Source: Bilabrum cf. latius (taxonomy: Eukaryota). Taken from it: a stretch of DNA of 64,000 nt. Of this stretch, positions 30,001 to 45,000 are shown in pieces; position 1 is the first letter of the stretch, and every line of letters begins with the position of its first letter. The notes under the pieces are model-generated. The model did no database searches, was not told the origin of the DNA, and saw only the letters and a program-made list of their open reading frames with translations. The position numbers and the translations under genes are program-made. The stretch covers positions 1,054,001 through 1,118,000 of the forward strand of contig OZ237735.1 in assembly GCA_965178125.1 (NCBI GenBank), read 5' to 3'.

Positions 30001-33000
30001 ACCGCCGCGCCCGATCCCACAGTCACCACGCCAGACACCGCGTTCGTCGATGCGCCCGACGCCACGCTCACCGCGCCCGATGACGCGGATGCCGCATCGC
30101 CAGACCGCACAGTCACCGCGCCCGTCACATCCTTGTCAGACACGCCCGACAGCACGCTCACGCCGCCAGATGCAGCCGACACCGCCGCGCCCGATCCCAC
30201 AGTCACCACGCCAGACACCGCGTTCGTCGACGCGCCCGACGCCACGCTCACCGCGCCCGATGACGCGGATGCCGCATCGCCAGACCGCACAGTCACCGTG
30301 CCCGTCACATCCTTGTCAGACACGCCCGACAGCACGCTCACGCCGCCAGATGCAGCCGACACCGCCGCGCCCGAGCCCACAGTCACCACGCCAGACACCG
30401 CGTTCGTCGACGCGCCCGACGCCACGCTCACCGCGCCCGATGACGCTGATGCCGCATCGCCAGACCGCACAGTCACCGTGCCCGTCACATCCACGTCGGA
30501 CGTGCCAGAGCCCACAGTCACCGCGCCCGACGAGTCAAGCGACGAAGACCCAGACAGCACGCTCACGCCGCCAGATGCAGCCGACACCGCCGCGCCCGAG
30601 CCCACAGTCACCACGCCAGACACCGCGTTCGTCGACGCGCCCGACGCCACGCTCACCGCGCCCGATGACGCTGATGCCGCATCGCCAGACCGCACAGTCA
30701 CCGCGCCCGTCACATCCACGTCGGACGTGCCAGAGCCCACAGTCACCGCGCCCGACGAGTCAAGCGACGAAGACCCAGACAGCACGCTCACGCCGCCAGA
30801 TGCAGCCGACACCGCCGCGCCCGATCCCACAGTCACCACGCCAGACACCGCGTTCGTCGATGCGCCCGACGCCACGCTCACCGCGCCCGATGACGCTGAT
30901 GCCGCATCGCCAGACCGCACAGTCACCGCGCCCGTCACATCCTTGTCAGACACGCCCGACAGCACGCTCACGCCGCCAGATGCAGCCGACACCGCCGCGC
31001 CCGAGCCCACAGTCACCACGCCAGACACCGCGTTCGTCGATGCGCCCGACGCCACGCTCACCGCGCCCGATGACGCTGATGCCGCATCGCCAGACCGCAC
31101 AGTCACCGCGCCCGTCACATCCTTGTCAGACACGCCCGACAGCACGCTCACGCCGCCAGATGCAGCCGACACCGCCGCGCCCGATCCCACAGTCACCACG
31201 CCAGACACCGCGTTCGTCGATGCGCCCGACGCCACGCTCACCGCGCCCGATGACGCGGATGCCGCATCGCCAGACCGCACAGTCACCGCGCCCGTCACAT
31301 CCTTGTCAGACACGCCCGACAGCACGCTCACGCCGCCAGATGCAGCCGACACCGCCGCGCCCGAGCCCACAGTCACCACGCCAGACACCGCGTTCGTCGA
31401 TGCGCCCGACGCCACGCTCACCGCGCCCGATGACGCGGATGCCGCATCGCCAGACCGCACAGTCACCGCGCCCGTCACATCCACGTCGGACGTGCCAGAG
31501 CCCACAGTCACCGCGCCCGACGAGTCAAGCGACGAAGACCCAGACAGCACGCTCACGCCGCCAGATGCAGCCGATACCGCCGCGCCCGAGCCCACAGTCA
31601 CCACGCCAGACACCGCGTTCGTCGATGCGCCCGACGCCACGCTCACCGCGCCCGATGACGCGGATGCCGCATCGCCAGACCGCACAGTCACCGCGCCCGT
31701 CACATCCACGTCGGACGTGCCAGAGCCCACAGTCACCGCGCCCGACGAGTCAAGCGACGAAGACCCAGACAGCACGCTCACGCCGCCAGATGCAGCCGAC
31801 ACCGCCGCGCCCGATCCCACAGTCACCACGCCAGACACCGCGTTCGTCGATGCGCCCGACGCCACGCTCACCGCGCCCGATGACGCTGATGCCGCATCGC
31901 CAGACCGCACAGTCACCGCGCCCGTCACATCCTTGTCAGACACGCCCGACAGCACGCTCACGCCGCCAGATGCAGCCGACACCGCCGCGCCCGAGCCCAC
32001 AGTCACCACGCCAGACACCGCGTTCGTCGACGCGCCCGACGCCACGCTCACCGCGCCCGATGACGCTGATGCCGCATCGCCAGACCGCACAGTCACCGCG
32101 CCCGTCACATCCACGTCGGACGTGCCAGAGCCCACAGTCACCACGCCCGACGAGTCAAGCGACGAAGACCCAGACAGCACGCTCACGCCGCCAGATGCAG
32201 CCGACACCGCCGCGCCCGAGCCCACAGTCACCACGCCAGACACCGCGTTCGTCGATGCGCCCGACGCCACGCTCACCGCGCCCGATGACGCGGATGCCGC
32301 ATCGCCAGACCGCACAGTCACCGCGCCCGTCACATCCACGTCGGACGTGCCAGAGCCCACAGTCACCGCGCCCGACGAGTCCAGCGACGAAGACCCAGAC
32401 AGCACGCTCACGCCGCCAGATGCAGCTGACACCGCCGCGCCCGATCCCACAGTTACCACGCCAGACACCGCGTTCGTCGATGCGCCCGACGCCACGCTCA
32501 CCGCGCCCGATGACGCTGATGCCGCATCGCCAGACCGCACAGTCACCGCGCCCGTCACATCCACGTCGGACGTGCCAGAGCCCATAGTCACCGCGCCCGA
32601 CGAGTCAAGCGACGAAGACCCAGACAGCACGCTCACGCCGCCAGATGCAGCCGACACCGCCGCGCCCGATCCCACAGTCACCACGCCAGACACCGCGTTC
32701 GTCGATGCGCCCGACGCCACGCTCACCGCGCCCGATGACGCGGATGCCGCATCGCCAGACCGCACAGTCACCGCGCCCGTCACATCCACGTCGGACGTGC
32801 CAGAGCCCACAGTCACCACGCCCGACGAGTCCAGCGACGAAGACCCAGACAGCACGCTCACGCCGCCAGATGCAGCCGACACCGCCGCGCCCGAGCCCAC
32901 AGTCACCACGCCAGACACCGCGTTCGTCGATGCGCCCGACGCCACGCTCACCGCGCCCGATGACGCTGATGCCGCATCGCCAGACCGCACAGTCACCGCG

Positions 33001-36000
33001 CCCGTCACATCCTTGTCAGACACGCCCGACAGCACGCTCACGCCGCCAGATGCAGCCGACACCGCCGCGCCCGATCCCACAGTCACCACGCCAGACACTG
33101 CGTTCGTCGACGCGCCCGACGCCACGCTCACCGCGCCCGATGACGCGGATGCCGCATCGCCAGACCGCACAGTCACCGTGCCCGTCACATCCTTGTCAGA
33201 CACGCCCGACAGCACGCTCACGCCGCCAGATGCAGCCGACACCGCCGCGCCCGAGCCCACAGTCACCACGCCAGACACCGCGTTCGTCGACGCGCCCGAC
33301 GCCACGCTCACCGCGCCCGATGACGCGGATGCCGCATCGCCAGACCGCACAGTCACCGCGCCCGTCACATCCTTGTCAGACACGCCCGACAGCACGCTCA
33401 CGCCGCCAGATGCAGCCGACACCGCCGCGCCCGACCCCACAGTCACCACGCCAGACACCGCGTTCGTCGACGCGCCCGACGCCACGCTCACCGCGCCCGA
33501 TGACGCTGATGCCGCATCGCCAGACCGCACAGTCACCGCGCCCGTCACATCCTTGTCAGACACGCCCGACAGCACGCTCACGCCGCCAGATGCAGCCGAC
33601 ACCGCCGCGCCCGATCCCACAGTCACCACGCCAGACACCGCGTTCGTCGACGCGCCCGACGCCACGCTCACCGCGCCCGATGACGCTGATGCCGCATCGC
33701 CAGACCGCACAGTCACCGCGCCCGTCACATCCACGTCGGACGTGCCAGAGCCCACAGTCACCGCGCCCGACGAGTCAAGCGACGAAGACCCAGACAGCAC
33801 GCTCACGCCGCCAGATGCAGCCGACACCGCCGCGCCCGATCCCACAGTCACCACGCCAGACACCGCGTTCGTCGATGCGCCCGACGCCACGCTCACCGCG
33901 CCCGATGACGCGGATGCCGCATCGCCAGACCGCACAGTCACCGCGCCCGTCACATCCTTGTCAGACACGCCCGACAGCACGCTCACGCCGCCAGATGCAG
34001 CCGACACCGCCGCGCCCGATCCCACAGTCACCACGCCAGACACCGCGTTCGTCGATGCGCCCGACGCCACGCTCACCGCGCCCGATGACGCGGATGCCGC
34101 ATCGCCAGACCGCACAGTCACCGCGCCCGTCACATCCACGTCGGACGTGCCAGAGCCCACAGTCACCGCGCCCGACGAGTCAAGCGACGAAGACCCAGAC
34201 AGCACGCTCACGCCGCCAGATGCAGCCGACACCGCCGCGCCCGAGCCCACAGTCACCACGCCAGACACCGCGTTCGTCGATGCGCCCGACGCCACGCTCA
34301 CCGCGCCCGATGACGCGGATGCCGCATCGCCAGACCGCACAGTCACCGCGCCCGTCACATCCACGTCGGACGTGCCAGAGCCCACAGTCACCGCGCCCGA
34401 CGAGTCAAGCGACGAAGACCCAGACAGCACGCTCACGCCGCCAGATGCAGCCGACACCGCCGCGCCCGAGCCCACAGTCACCACGCCAGACACCGCGTTC
34501 GTCGATGCGCCCGACGCCACGCTCACCGCGCCCGATGACGCTGATGCCGCATCGCCAGACCGCACAGTCACCGCGCCCGTCACATCCTTGTCAGACACGC
34601 CCGACAGCACGCTCACGCCGCCAGATGCAGCCGACACCGCCGCGCCCGATCCCACAGTCACCACGCCAGACACCGCGTTCGTCGATGCGCCCGACGCCAC
34701 GCTCACCGCGCCCGATGACGCTGATGCCGCATCGCCAGACCGCACAGTCACCGCGCCCGTCACATCCACGTCGGACGTGCCAGAGCCCACAGTCACCGCG
34801 CCCGACGAGTCAAGCGACGAAGACCCAGACAGCACGCTCACGCCGCCAGATGCAGCCGACACCGCCGCGCCCGAGCCCACAGTCACCACGCCAGACACCG
34901 CGTTCGTCGATGCGCCCGACGCCACGCTCACCGCGCCCGATGACGCTGATGCCGCATCGCCAGACCGCACAGTCACCGTGCCCGTCACATCCACGTCGGA
35001 CGTGCCAGAGCCCACAGTCACCGCGCCCGACGAGTCAAGCGACGAAGACCCAGACAGCACGCTCACGCCGCCAGATGCAGCCGACACCGCCGCGCCCGAG
35101 CCCACAGTCACCACGCCAGACACCGCGTTCGTCGATGCGCCCGACGCCACGCTCACCGCGCCCGATGACGCTGATGCCGCATCGCCAGACCGCACAGTCA
35201 CCGCGCCCGTCACATCCACGTCGGACGTGCCAGAGCCCACAGTCACCGCGCCCGACGAGTCAAGCGACGAAGACCCAGACAGCACGCTCACGCCGCCAGA
35301 TGCAGCCGACACCGCCGCGCCCGATCCCACAGTCACCACGCCAGACACCGCGTTCGTCGATGCGCCCGACGCCACGCTCACCGCGCCCGATGACGCTGAT
35401 GCCGCATCGCCAGACCGCACAGTCACCGCGCCCGTCACATCCACGTCGGACGTGCCAGAGCCCACAGTCACCGCGCCCGACGAGTCAAGCGACGAAGACC
35501 CAGACAGCACGCTCACGCCGCCAGATGCAGCCGACACCGCCGCGCCCGAGCCCACAGTCACCACGCCAGACACCGCGTTCGTCGATGCGCCCGACGCCAC
35601 GCTCACCGCGCCCGATGACGCGGATGCCGCATCGCCAGACCGCACAGTCACCGCGCCCGTCACATCCACGTCGGACGTGCCAGAGCCCACAGTCACCGCG
35701 CCCGACGAGTCAAGCGACGAAGACCCAGACAGCACGCTCACGCCGCCAGATGCAGCCGACACCGCCGCGCCCGAGCCCACAGTCACCACGCCAGACACCG
35801 CGTTCGTCGATGCGCCCGACGCCACGCTCACCGCGCCCGATGACGCTGATGCCGCATCGCCAGACCGCACAGTCACCGCGCCCGTCACATCCACGTCGGA
35901 CGTGCCAGAGCCCACAGTCACCGCGCCCGACGAGTCAAGCGACGAAGACCCAGACAGCACGCTCACGCCGCCAGATGCAGCCGACACCGCCGCGCCCGAG

Positions 36001-39000
36001 CCCACAGTCACCACGCCAGACACCGCGTTCGTCGATGCGCCCGACGCCACGCTCACCGCGCCCGATGACGCGGATGCCGCATCGCCAGATCGCACAGTCA
36101 CCGCGCCCGTCACATCCACGTCGGACACGCCCGACAGCACGCTCACGCCGCCAGATGCAGCCGACACCGCCGCGCCCGAGCCCACAGTCACCACGCCAGA
36201 CACCGCGTTCGTCGATGCGCCCGACGCCACGCTCACCGCGCCCGATGACGCTGATGCCGCATCGCCAGACCGCACAGTCACCGCGCCCGTCACATCCACG
36301 TCGGACGTGCCAGAGCCCACAGTCACTGCGCCCGACGAGTCAAGCGACGAAGACCCAGACAGCACGCTCACGCCGCCAGATGCAGCCGACACCGCCGCGC
36401 CCGAGCCCACAGTCACCACGCCAGACACCGCGTTCGTCGATGCGCCCGACGCCACGCTCACCGCGCCCGATGACGCTGATGCCGCATCGCCAGACCGCAC
36501 AGTCACCGCGCCCGTCACATCCACGTCGGACGTGCCAGAGCCCACAGTCACCGCGCCCGACGAGTCAAGCGACGAAGACCCAGACAGCACGCTCACGCCG
36601 CCAGATGCAGCCGACACCGCCGCGCCCGAGCCCACAGTCACCACGCCAGACACCGCGTTCGTCGATGCGCCCGACGCCACGCTCACCGCGCCCGATGACG
36701 CGGATGCCGCATCGCCAGACCGCACAGTCACCGCGCCCGTCACATCCTTGTCAGACACGCCCGACAGCACGCTCACGCCGCCAGATGCAGCCGACACCGC
36801 CGCGCCCGAGCCCACAGTCACCACGCCAGACACCGCGTTCGTCGATGCGCCCGACGCCACGCTCACCGCGCCCGATGACGCTGATGCCGCATCGCCAGAC
36901 CGCACAGTCACTGCGCCCGTCACATCCACGTCGGACGTGCCAGAGCCCACAGTCACCGCGCCCGACGAGTCAAGCGACGAAGACCCAGACAGCACGCTCA
37001 CGCCGCCAGATGCAGCCGACACCGCCGCGCCCGATCCCACAGTCACCACGCCAGACACCGCGTTCGTCGATGCGCCCGACGCCACGCTCACCGCGCCCGA
37101 TGACGCTGATGCCGCATCGCCAGACCGCACAGTCACCGCGCCCGTCACATCCACGTCGGACGTGCCAGAGCCCACAGTCACCGCGCCCGACGAGTCAAGC
37201 GACGAAGACCCAGACAGCACGCTCACGCCGCCAGATGCAGCCGACACCGCCGCGCCCGAGCCCACAGTCACCACGCCAGACACCGCGTTCGTCGATGCGC
37301 CCGACGCCACGCTCACCGCGCCCGATGACGCTGATGCCGCATCGCCAGACCGCACAGTCACCGCGCCCGTCACATCCTTGTCAGACACGCCCGACAGCAC
37401 GCTCACGCCGCCAGATGCAGCTGACACCGCCGCGCCCGATCCCACAGTCACCACGCCAGACACCGCGTTCGTCGATGCGCCCGACGCCACGCTCACCGCG
37501 CCCGATGACGCTGATGCCGCATCGCCAGACCGCACAGTCACCGCGCCCGTCACATCCACGTCGGACGTGCCAGAGCCCACAGTCACCGCGCCCGACGAGT
37601 CAAGCGACGAAGACCCAGACAGCACGCTCACGCCGCCAGATGCAGCCGACACCGCCGCGCCCGAGCCCACAGTCACCACGCCAGACACCGCGTTCGTCGA
37701 TGCGCCCGACGCCACGCTCACCGCGCCCGATGACGCTGATGCCGCATCGCCAGACCGCACAGTCACCGCGCCCGTCACATCCTTGTCAGACACGCCCGAC
37801 AGCACGCTCACGCCGCCAGATGCAGCTGACACCGCCGCGCCCGAGCCCACAGTCACCACGCCAGACACCGCGTTCGTCGATGCGCCCGACGCCACGCTCA
37901 CCGCGCCCGATGACGCGGATGCCGCATCGCCAGACCGCACAGTCACCGCGCCCGTCACATCCACGTCGGACGTGCCAGAGCCCACAGTCACCGCGCCCGA
38001 CGAGTCAAGCGACGAAGACCCAGACAGCACGCTCACGCCGCCAGATGCAGCCGACACCGCCGCGCCCGAGCCCACAGTCACCACGCCAGACACCGCGTTC
38101 GTCGATGCGCCCGACGCCACGCTCACCGCGCCCGATGACGCGGATGCCGCATCGCCAGACCGCACAGTCACCGCGCCCGTCACATCCACGTCGGACGCGC
38201 CAGAGCCCACAGTCACCGCGCCCGACGAGTCAAGCGACGAAGACCCAGACAGCACGCTCACGCCGCCAGATGCAGCCGACACCGCCGCGCCCGATCCCAC
38301 AGTCACCACGCCAGACACCGCGTTCGTCGATGCGCCCGACGCCACGCTCACCGCGCCCGATGACGCGGATGCCGCATCGCCAGACCGCACAGTCACCGTG
38401 CCCGTCACATCCTTGTCAGACACGCCCGACAGCACGCTCACGCCGCCAGATGCAGCCGACACCGCCGCGCCCGATCCCACAGTCACCACGCCAGACACCG
38501 CGTTCGTCGATGCGCCCGACGCCACGCTCACCGCGCCCGATGACGCTGATGCCGCATCGCCAGACCGCACAGTCACCGCGCCCGTCACATCCACGTCGGA
38601 CGTGCCAGAGCCCACAGTCACCGCGCCCGACGAGTCAAGCGACGAAGACCCAGACAGCACGCTCACGCCGCCAGATGCAGCCGACACCGCCGCGCCCGAG
38701 CCCACAGTCACCACGCCAGACACCGCGTTCGTCGATGCGCCCGACGCCACGCTCACTGCGCCCGATGACGCGGATGCCGCATCGCCAGACCGCATAGTCA
38801 CCGCGCCCGTCACATCCACGTCGGACGTGCCAGAGCCCACAGTCACCGCGCCCGACGAGTCAAGCGACGAAGACCCAGACAGCACGCTCACGCCGCCAGA
38901 TGCAGCCGACACCGCCGCGCCCGAGCCCACAGTCACCATGCCAGACACCGCGTTCGTCGATGCGCCCGACGCCACGCTCACCGCGCCCGATGACGCGGAT

Positions 39001-42000
39001 GCCGCATCGCCAGACCGCACAGTCACCGCGCCCGTCACATCCACGTCGGACGTGCCAGAGCCCACAGTCACCGCGCCCGACGAGTCAAGCGACGAAGACC
39101 CAGACAGCACGCTCACGCCGCCAGATGCAGCCGACACCGTCGCGCCCGAGCCCACAGTCACCACGCCAGACACCGCGTTCGTCGATGCGCCCGACGCCAC
39201 GCTCACCGCGCCCGATGACGCTGATGCCGCATCGCCAGACCGCACAGTCACCGCGCCCGTCACATCCACGTCGGACGTGCCAGAGCCCACAGTCACCGCG
39301 CCCGACGAGTCAAGCGACGAAGACCCAGACAGCACGCTCACGCCGCCAGATGCAGCCGACACCGCCGCGCCCGATCCCACAGTCACCACGCCAGACACCG
39401 CGTTCGTCGATGCGCCCGACGCCACACTCACCGCGCCCGATGACGCGGATGCCGCATCGCCAGACCGCACAGTCACCGCGCCCGTCACATCCACGTCGGA
39501 CGTGCCAGAGCCCACAGTCACCGCGCCCGACGAGTCAAGCGACGAAGACCCAGACAGCACGCTCACGCCGCCAGATGCAGCCGACACCGCCGCGCCCGAG
39601 CCCACAGTCACCACGCCAGACACCGCGTTCGTCGACGCGCCCGACGCCACGCTCACCGCGCCCGATGACGCTGATGCCGCATCGCCAGACCGCACAGTCA
39701 CCGCGCCCGTCACATCCACGTCGGACGTGCCAGAGCCCACAGTCACCGCGCCCGACGAGTCAAGCGACGAAGACCCAGACAGCACGCTCACGCCGCCAGA
39801 TGCAGCCGACACCGCCGCGCCCGATCCCACAGTCACCACGCCAGACACCGCGTTCGTCGACGCGCCCGACGCCACGCTCACCGCGCCCGATGACGCTGAT
39901 GCCGCATCGCCAGACCGCACAGTCACCGCGCCCGTCACATCCTTGTCAGACACGCCCGACAGCACGCTCACGCCGCCAGATGCAGCCGACACCGCCGCGC
40001 CCGAGCCCACAGTCACCACGCCAGACACCGCGTTCGTCGATGCGCCCGACGCCACGCTCACCGCGCCCGATGACGCTGATGCCGCATCGCCAGACCGCAC
40101 AGTCACCGTGCCCGTCACATCCACGTCGGACGTGCCAGAGCCCACAGTCACCGCGCCCGACGAGTCAAGCGACGAAGACCCAGACAGCACGCTCACGCCG
40201 CCAGATGCAGCCGACACCGCAGCGCCCGAGCCCACAGTCACCACGCCAGACACCGCGTTCGTCGATGCGCCCGACGCCACGCTCACCGCGCCCGATGACG
40301 CTGATGCCGCATCGCCAGACCGCACAGTCACCGCGCCCGTCACATCCTTGTCAGACACGCCCGACAGCACGCTCACGCCGCCAGATGCAGCTGACACCGC
40401 CGCGCCCGAGCCCACAGTCACCACGCCAGACACCGCGTTCGTCGATGCGCCCGACGCCACGCTCACCGCGCCCGATGACGCGGATGCCGCATCGCCAGAC
40501 CGCACAGTCACCGCGCCCGTCACATCCACATCGGACGTGCCAGAGCCCACAGTCACCGCGCCCGACGAGTCAAGCGACGAAGACCCAGACAGCACGCTCA
40601 CGCCGCCAGATGCAGCCGACACCGCCGCGCCCGAGCCCACAGTCACCACGCCAGACACCGCGTTCGTCGATGCGCCCGACGCCACGCTCACCGCGCCCGA
40701 TGACGCTGATGCCGCATCGCCAGACCGCACAGTCACCGCGCCCGTCACATCCACGTCGGACGTGCCAGAGCCCACAGTCACCGCGCCCGACGAGTCAAGC
40801 GACGAAGACCCAGACAGCACGCTCACGCCGCCAGATGCAGCCGACACCGCCGCGCCCGATCCCACAGTCACCACGCCAGACACCGCGTTCGTCGATGCGC
40901 CCGACGCCACGCTCACCGCGCCCGATGACGCTGATGCCGCATCGCCAGACCGCACAGTCACCGCGCCCGTCACATCCACGTCGGACGTGCCAGAGCCCAC
41001 AGTCACCGCGCCCGACGAGTCAAGCGACGAAGACCCAGACAGCACGCTCACGCCGCCGGATGCAGCCGACACCGCCGCGCCCGAGCCCACAGTCACCACG
41101 CCAGACACCGCGTTCGTCGATGCGCCCGACGCCACGCTCACCGCGCCCGATGACGCTGATGCCGCATCGCCAGACCGCACAGTCACCGCGCCCGTCACAT
41201 CCACGTCGGACGTGCCAGAGCCCACAGTCACCGCGCCCGACGAGTCAAGCGACGAAGACCCAGACAGCACGCTCACGCCGCCAGATGCAGCCGACACCGC
41301 CGCGCCCGATCCCACAGTCACCACGCCAGACACCGCGTTCGTCGATGCGCCCGACGCCACGCTCACCGCGCCCGATGACGCGGATGCCGCATCGCCAGAC
41401 CGCACAGTCACCGCGCCCGTCACATCCACGTCGGACGTGCCAGAGCCCACAGTCACCGCGCCCGACGAGTCAAGCGACGAAGACCCAGACAGCACGCTCA
41501 CGCCGCCAGATGCAGCCGACACCGCCGCGCCCGATCCCACAGTCACCACGCCAGACACCGCGTTCGTCGATGCGCCCGACGCCACGCTCACCGCGCCCGA
41601 TGACGCGGATGCCGCATCGCCAGACCGCACAGTCACCGCGCCCGTCACATCCACGTCGGACGTGCCAGAGCCCACAGTCACCGCGCCCGACGAGTCAAGC
41701 GACGAAGACCCAGACAGCACGCTCACGCCGCCAGATGCAGCCGACACCGCCGCGCCCGATCCCACAGTCACCACGCCAGACACCGCGTTCGTCGATGCGC
41801 CCGACGCCACGCTCACCGCGCCCGATGACGCGGATGCCGCATCGCCAGACCGCACAGTCACCGCGCCCGTCACATCCACGTCGGACGTGCCAGAGCCCAC
41901 AGTCACCGCGCCCGACGAGTCAAGCGACGAAGACCCAGACAGCACGCTCACGCCGCCAGATGCAGCCGACACCGCCGCGCCCGAGCCCACAGTCACCACG

Positions 42001-45000
42001 CCAGACACCGCGTTCGTCGATGCGCCCGACGCCACGCTCACCGCGCCCGATGACGCTGATGCCGCATCGCCAGACCGCACAGTCACCGCGCCCGTCACAT
42101 CCTTGTCAGACACGCCCGACAGCACGCTCATGCCGCCAGATGCAGCCGACACCGCCGCGCCCGAGCCCACAGTCACCACGCCAGACACCGCGTTCGTCGA
42201 TGCGCCCGACGCCACGCTCACCGCGCCCGATGACGCTGATGCCGCATCGCCAGACCGCACAGTCACCGCGCCCGTCACATCCACGTCGGACGTGCCAGAG
42301 CCCACAGTCACCGCGCCCGACGAGTCAAGCGACGAAGACCCAGACAGCACGCTCACGCCGCCAGATGCAGCCGACACCGCCGCGCCCGAGCCCACAGTCA
42401 CCACGCCAGACACCGCGTTCGTCGATGCGCCCGACGCCACGCTCACCGCGCCCGATGACGCGGATGCCGCATCGCCAGACCGCACAGTCACCGCGCCCGT
42501 CACATCCACGTCGGACGTGCCAGAGCCCACAGTCACCACGCCCGACGAGTCAAGCGACGAAGACCCAGACAGCACGCTCACGCCGCCAGATGCAGCCGAC
42601 ACCGCCGCGCCCGATCCCACAGTCACCACGCCAGACACCGCGTTCGTCGACGCGCCCGACAGCACGCTCACCGCGCCCGATGACGCGGATGCCGCATCGC
42701 CAGACCGCAAAGTCACCGCGCCCGTCACATCCACGTCGGACGTGCCAGAGCCCACAGTCACCACGCCAGACGAGTCAAGCGACGAAGACCCAGACAGCAC
42801 GCTCACGCCGCCAGATGCAGCCGATACCGCCGCGCCCGAGCCCACAGTCACCACGCCAGACACCGCGTTCGTCGATGCACCCGACGCCACGCTCACCGCG
42901 CCCGATGACGCGGATGCCGCATCGCCAGACCGCACAGTCACCGCGCCCGTCACATCCTTGTCAGACATGCCCGACAGCACGCTCACGCCGCCAGATGCAG
43001 CCGACACCGCCGCGCCCGAGCCCACAGTCACCACGCCAGACACCGCGTTCGTCGATGCGCCCGACGCCACGCTCACCGCGCCCGATGACGCTGATGCCGC
43101 ATCGCCAGACCGCACAGTCACCGCGCCCGTCACATCCACGTCGGACGTGCCAGAGCCCACAGTCACCGCGCCCGACGAGTCAAGCGACGAAGACCCAGAC
43201 AGCACGCTCACGCCGCCAGATGCAGCCGACACCGCCGCGCCCGATCCCACAGTCACCACGCCAGACACCGCGTTCGTCGATGCGCCCGACGCCACGCTCA
43301 CCGCGCCCGATGACGCGGATGCCGCATCGCCAGACCGCACAGTCACCGCGCCCGTCACATCCACGTCGGACGTGCCAGAGCCCACAGTCACCGCGCCCGA
43401 CGAGTCAAGCGACGAAGACCCAGACAGCACGCTCACGCCGCCAGATGCAGCCGACACCGCCGCGCCCGATCCCACAGTCACCACGCCAGACACCGCGTTC
43501 GTCGATGCGCCCGACGCCACGCTCACCGCGCCCGATGACGCGGATGCCGCATCGCCAGACCGCACAGTCACCGCGCCCGTCACATCCACGTCGGACGTGC
43601 CAGAGCCCACAGTCACCGCGCCCGACGAGTCAAGCGACGAAGACCCAGACAGCACGCTCACGCCGCCAGATGCAGCCGACACCGCCGCGCCCGAGCCCAC
43701 AGTCACCACGCCAGACACCGCGTTCGTCGATGCGCCCGACGCCACGCTCACCGCGCCCGATGACGCTGATGCCGCATCGCCAGACCGCACAGTCACCGCG
43801 CCCGTCACATCCACGTCGGACGTGCCAGAGCCCACAGTCACCGCGCCCGACGAGTCAAGCGACGAAGACCCAGACAGCACGCTCACGCCGCCAGATGCAG
43901 CCGACACCGCCGCGCCCGAGCCCACAGTCACCACGCCAGACACCGCGTTCGTCGATGCGCCCGACGCCACGCTCACCGCGCCCGATGACGCGGATGCCGC
44001 ATCGCCAGACCGCACAGTCACCGTGCCCGTCACATCCTTGTCAGACACGCCCGACAGCACGCTCACGCCGCCAGATGCAGCCGACACCGCCGCGCCCGAT
44101 CCCACAGTCACCACGCCAGACACCGCGTTCGTCGATGCGCCCGACGCCACGCTCACCGCGCCCGATGACGCGGATGCCGCATCGCCAGACCGCACAGTCA
44201 CCGCGCCCGTCACATCCACGTCGGACGTGCCAGAGCCCACAGTCACCGCGCCCGACGAGTCAAGCGACGAAGACCCAGACAGCACGCTCACGCCGCCAGA
44301 TGCAGCCGACACCGCCGCGCCCGATCCCACAGTCACCACGCCAGACACCGCGTTCGTCGATGCGCCCGACGCCACGCTCACCGCGCCCGATGACGCTGAT
44401 GCCGCATCGCCAGACCGCACAGTCACCGCGCCCGTCACATCCTTGTCAGACACGCCCGACAGCACGCTCACGCCGCCAGATGCAGCCGACACCGCCGCGC
44501 CCGATCCCACAGTCACCACGCCAGACACCGCGTTCGTCGATGCGCCCGACGCCACGCTCACCGCGCCCGATGACGCGGATGCCGCATCGCCAGACCGCAC
44601 AGTCACCGCGCCCGTCACATCCACGTCGGACGTGCCAGAGCCCACAGTCACCGCGCCCGACGAGTCAAGCGACGAAGACCCAGACAGCACGCTCACGCCG
44701 CCAGATGCAGCCGACACCGCCGCGCCCGATCCCACAGTCACCACGCCAGACACCGCGTTCGTCGATGCGCCCGACGCCACGCTCACCGCGCCCGATGACG
44801 CTGATGCCGCATCGCCAGACCGCACAGTCACCGCGCCCGTCACATCCACGTCGGACGTGCCAGAGCCCACAGTCACCGCGCCCGACGAGTCAAGCGACGA
44901 AGACCCAGACAGCACGCTCACGCCGCCAGATGCAGCCGACACCGCCGCGCCCGAGCCCACAGTCACCACGCCAGACACCGCGTTCGTCGATGCGCCCGAC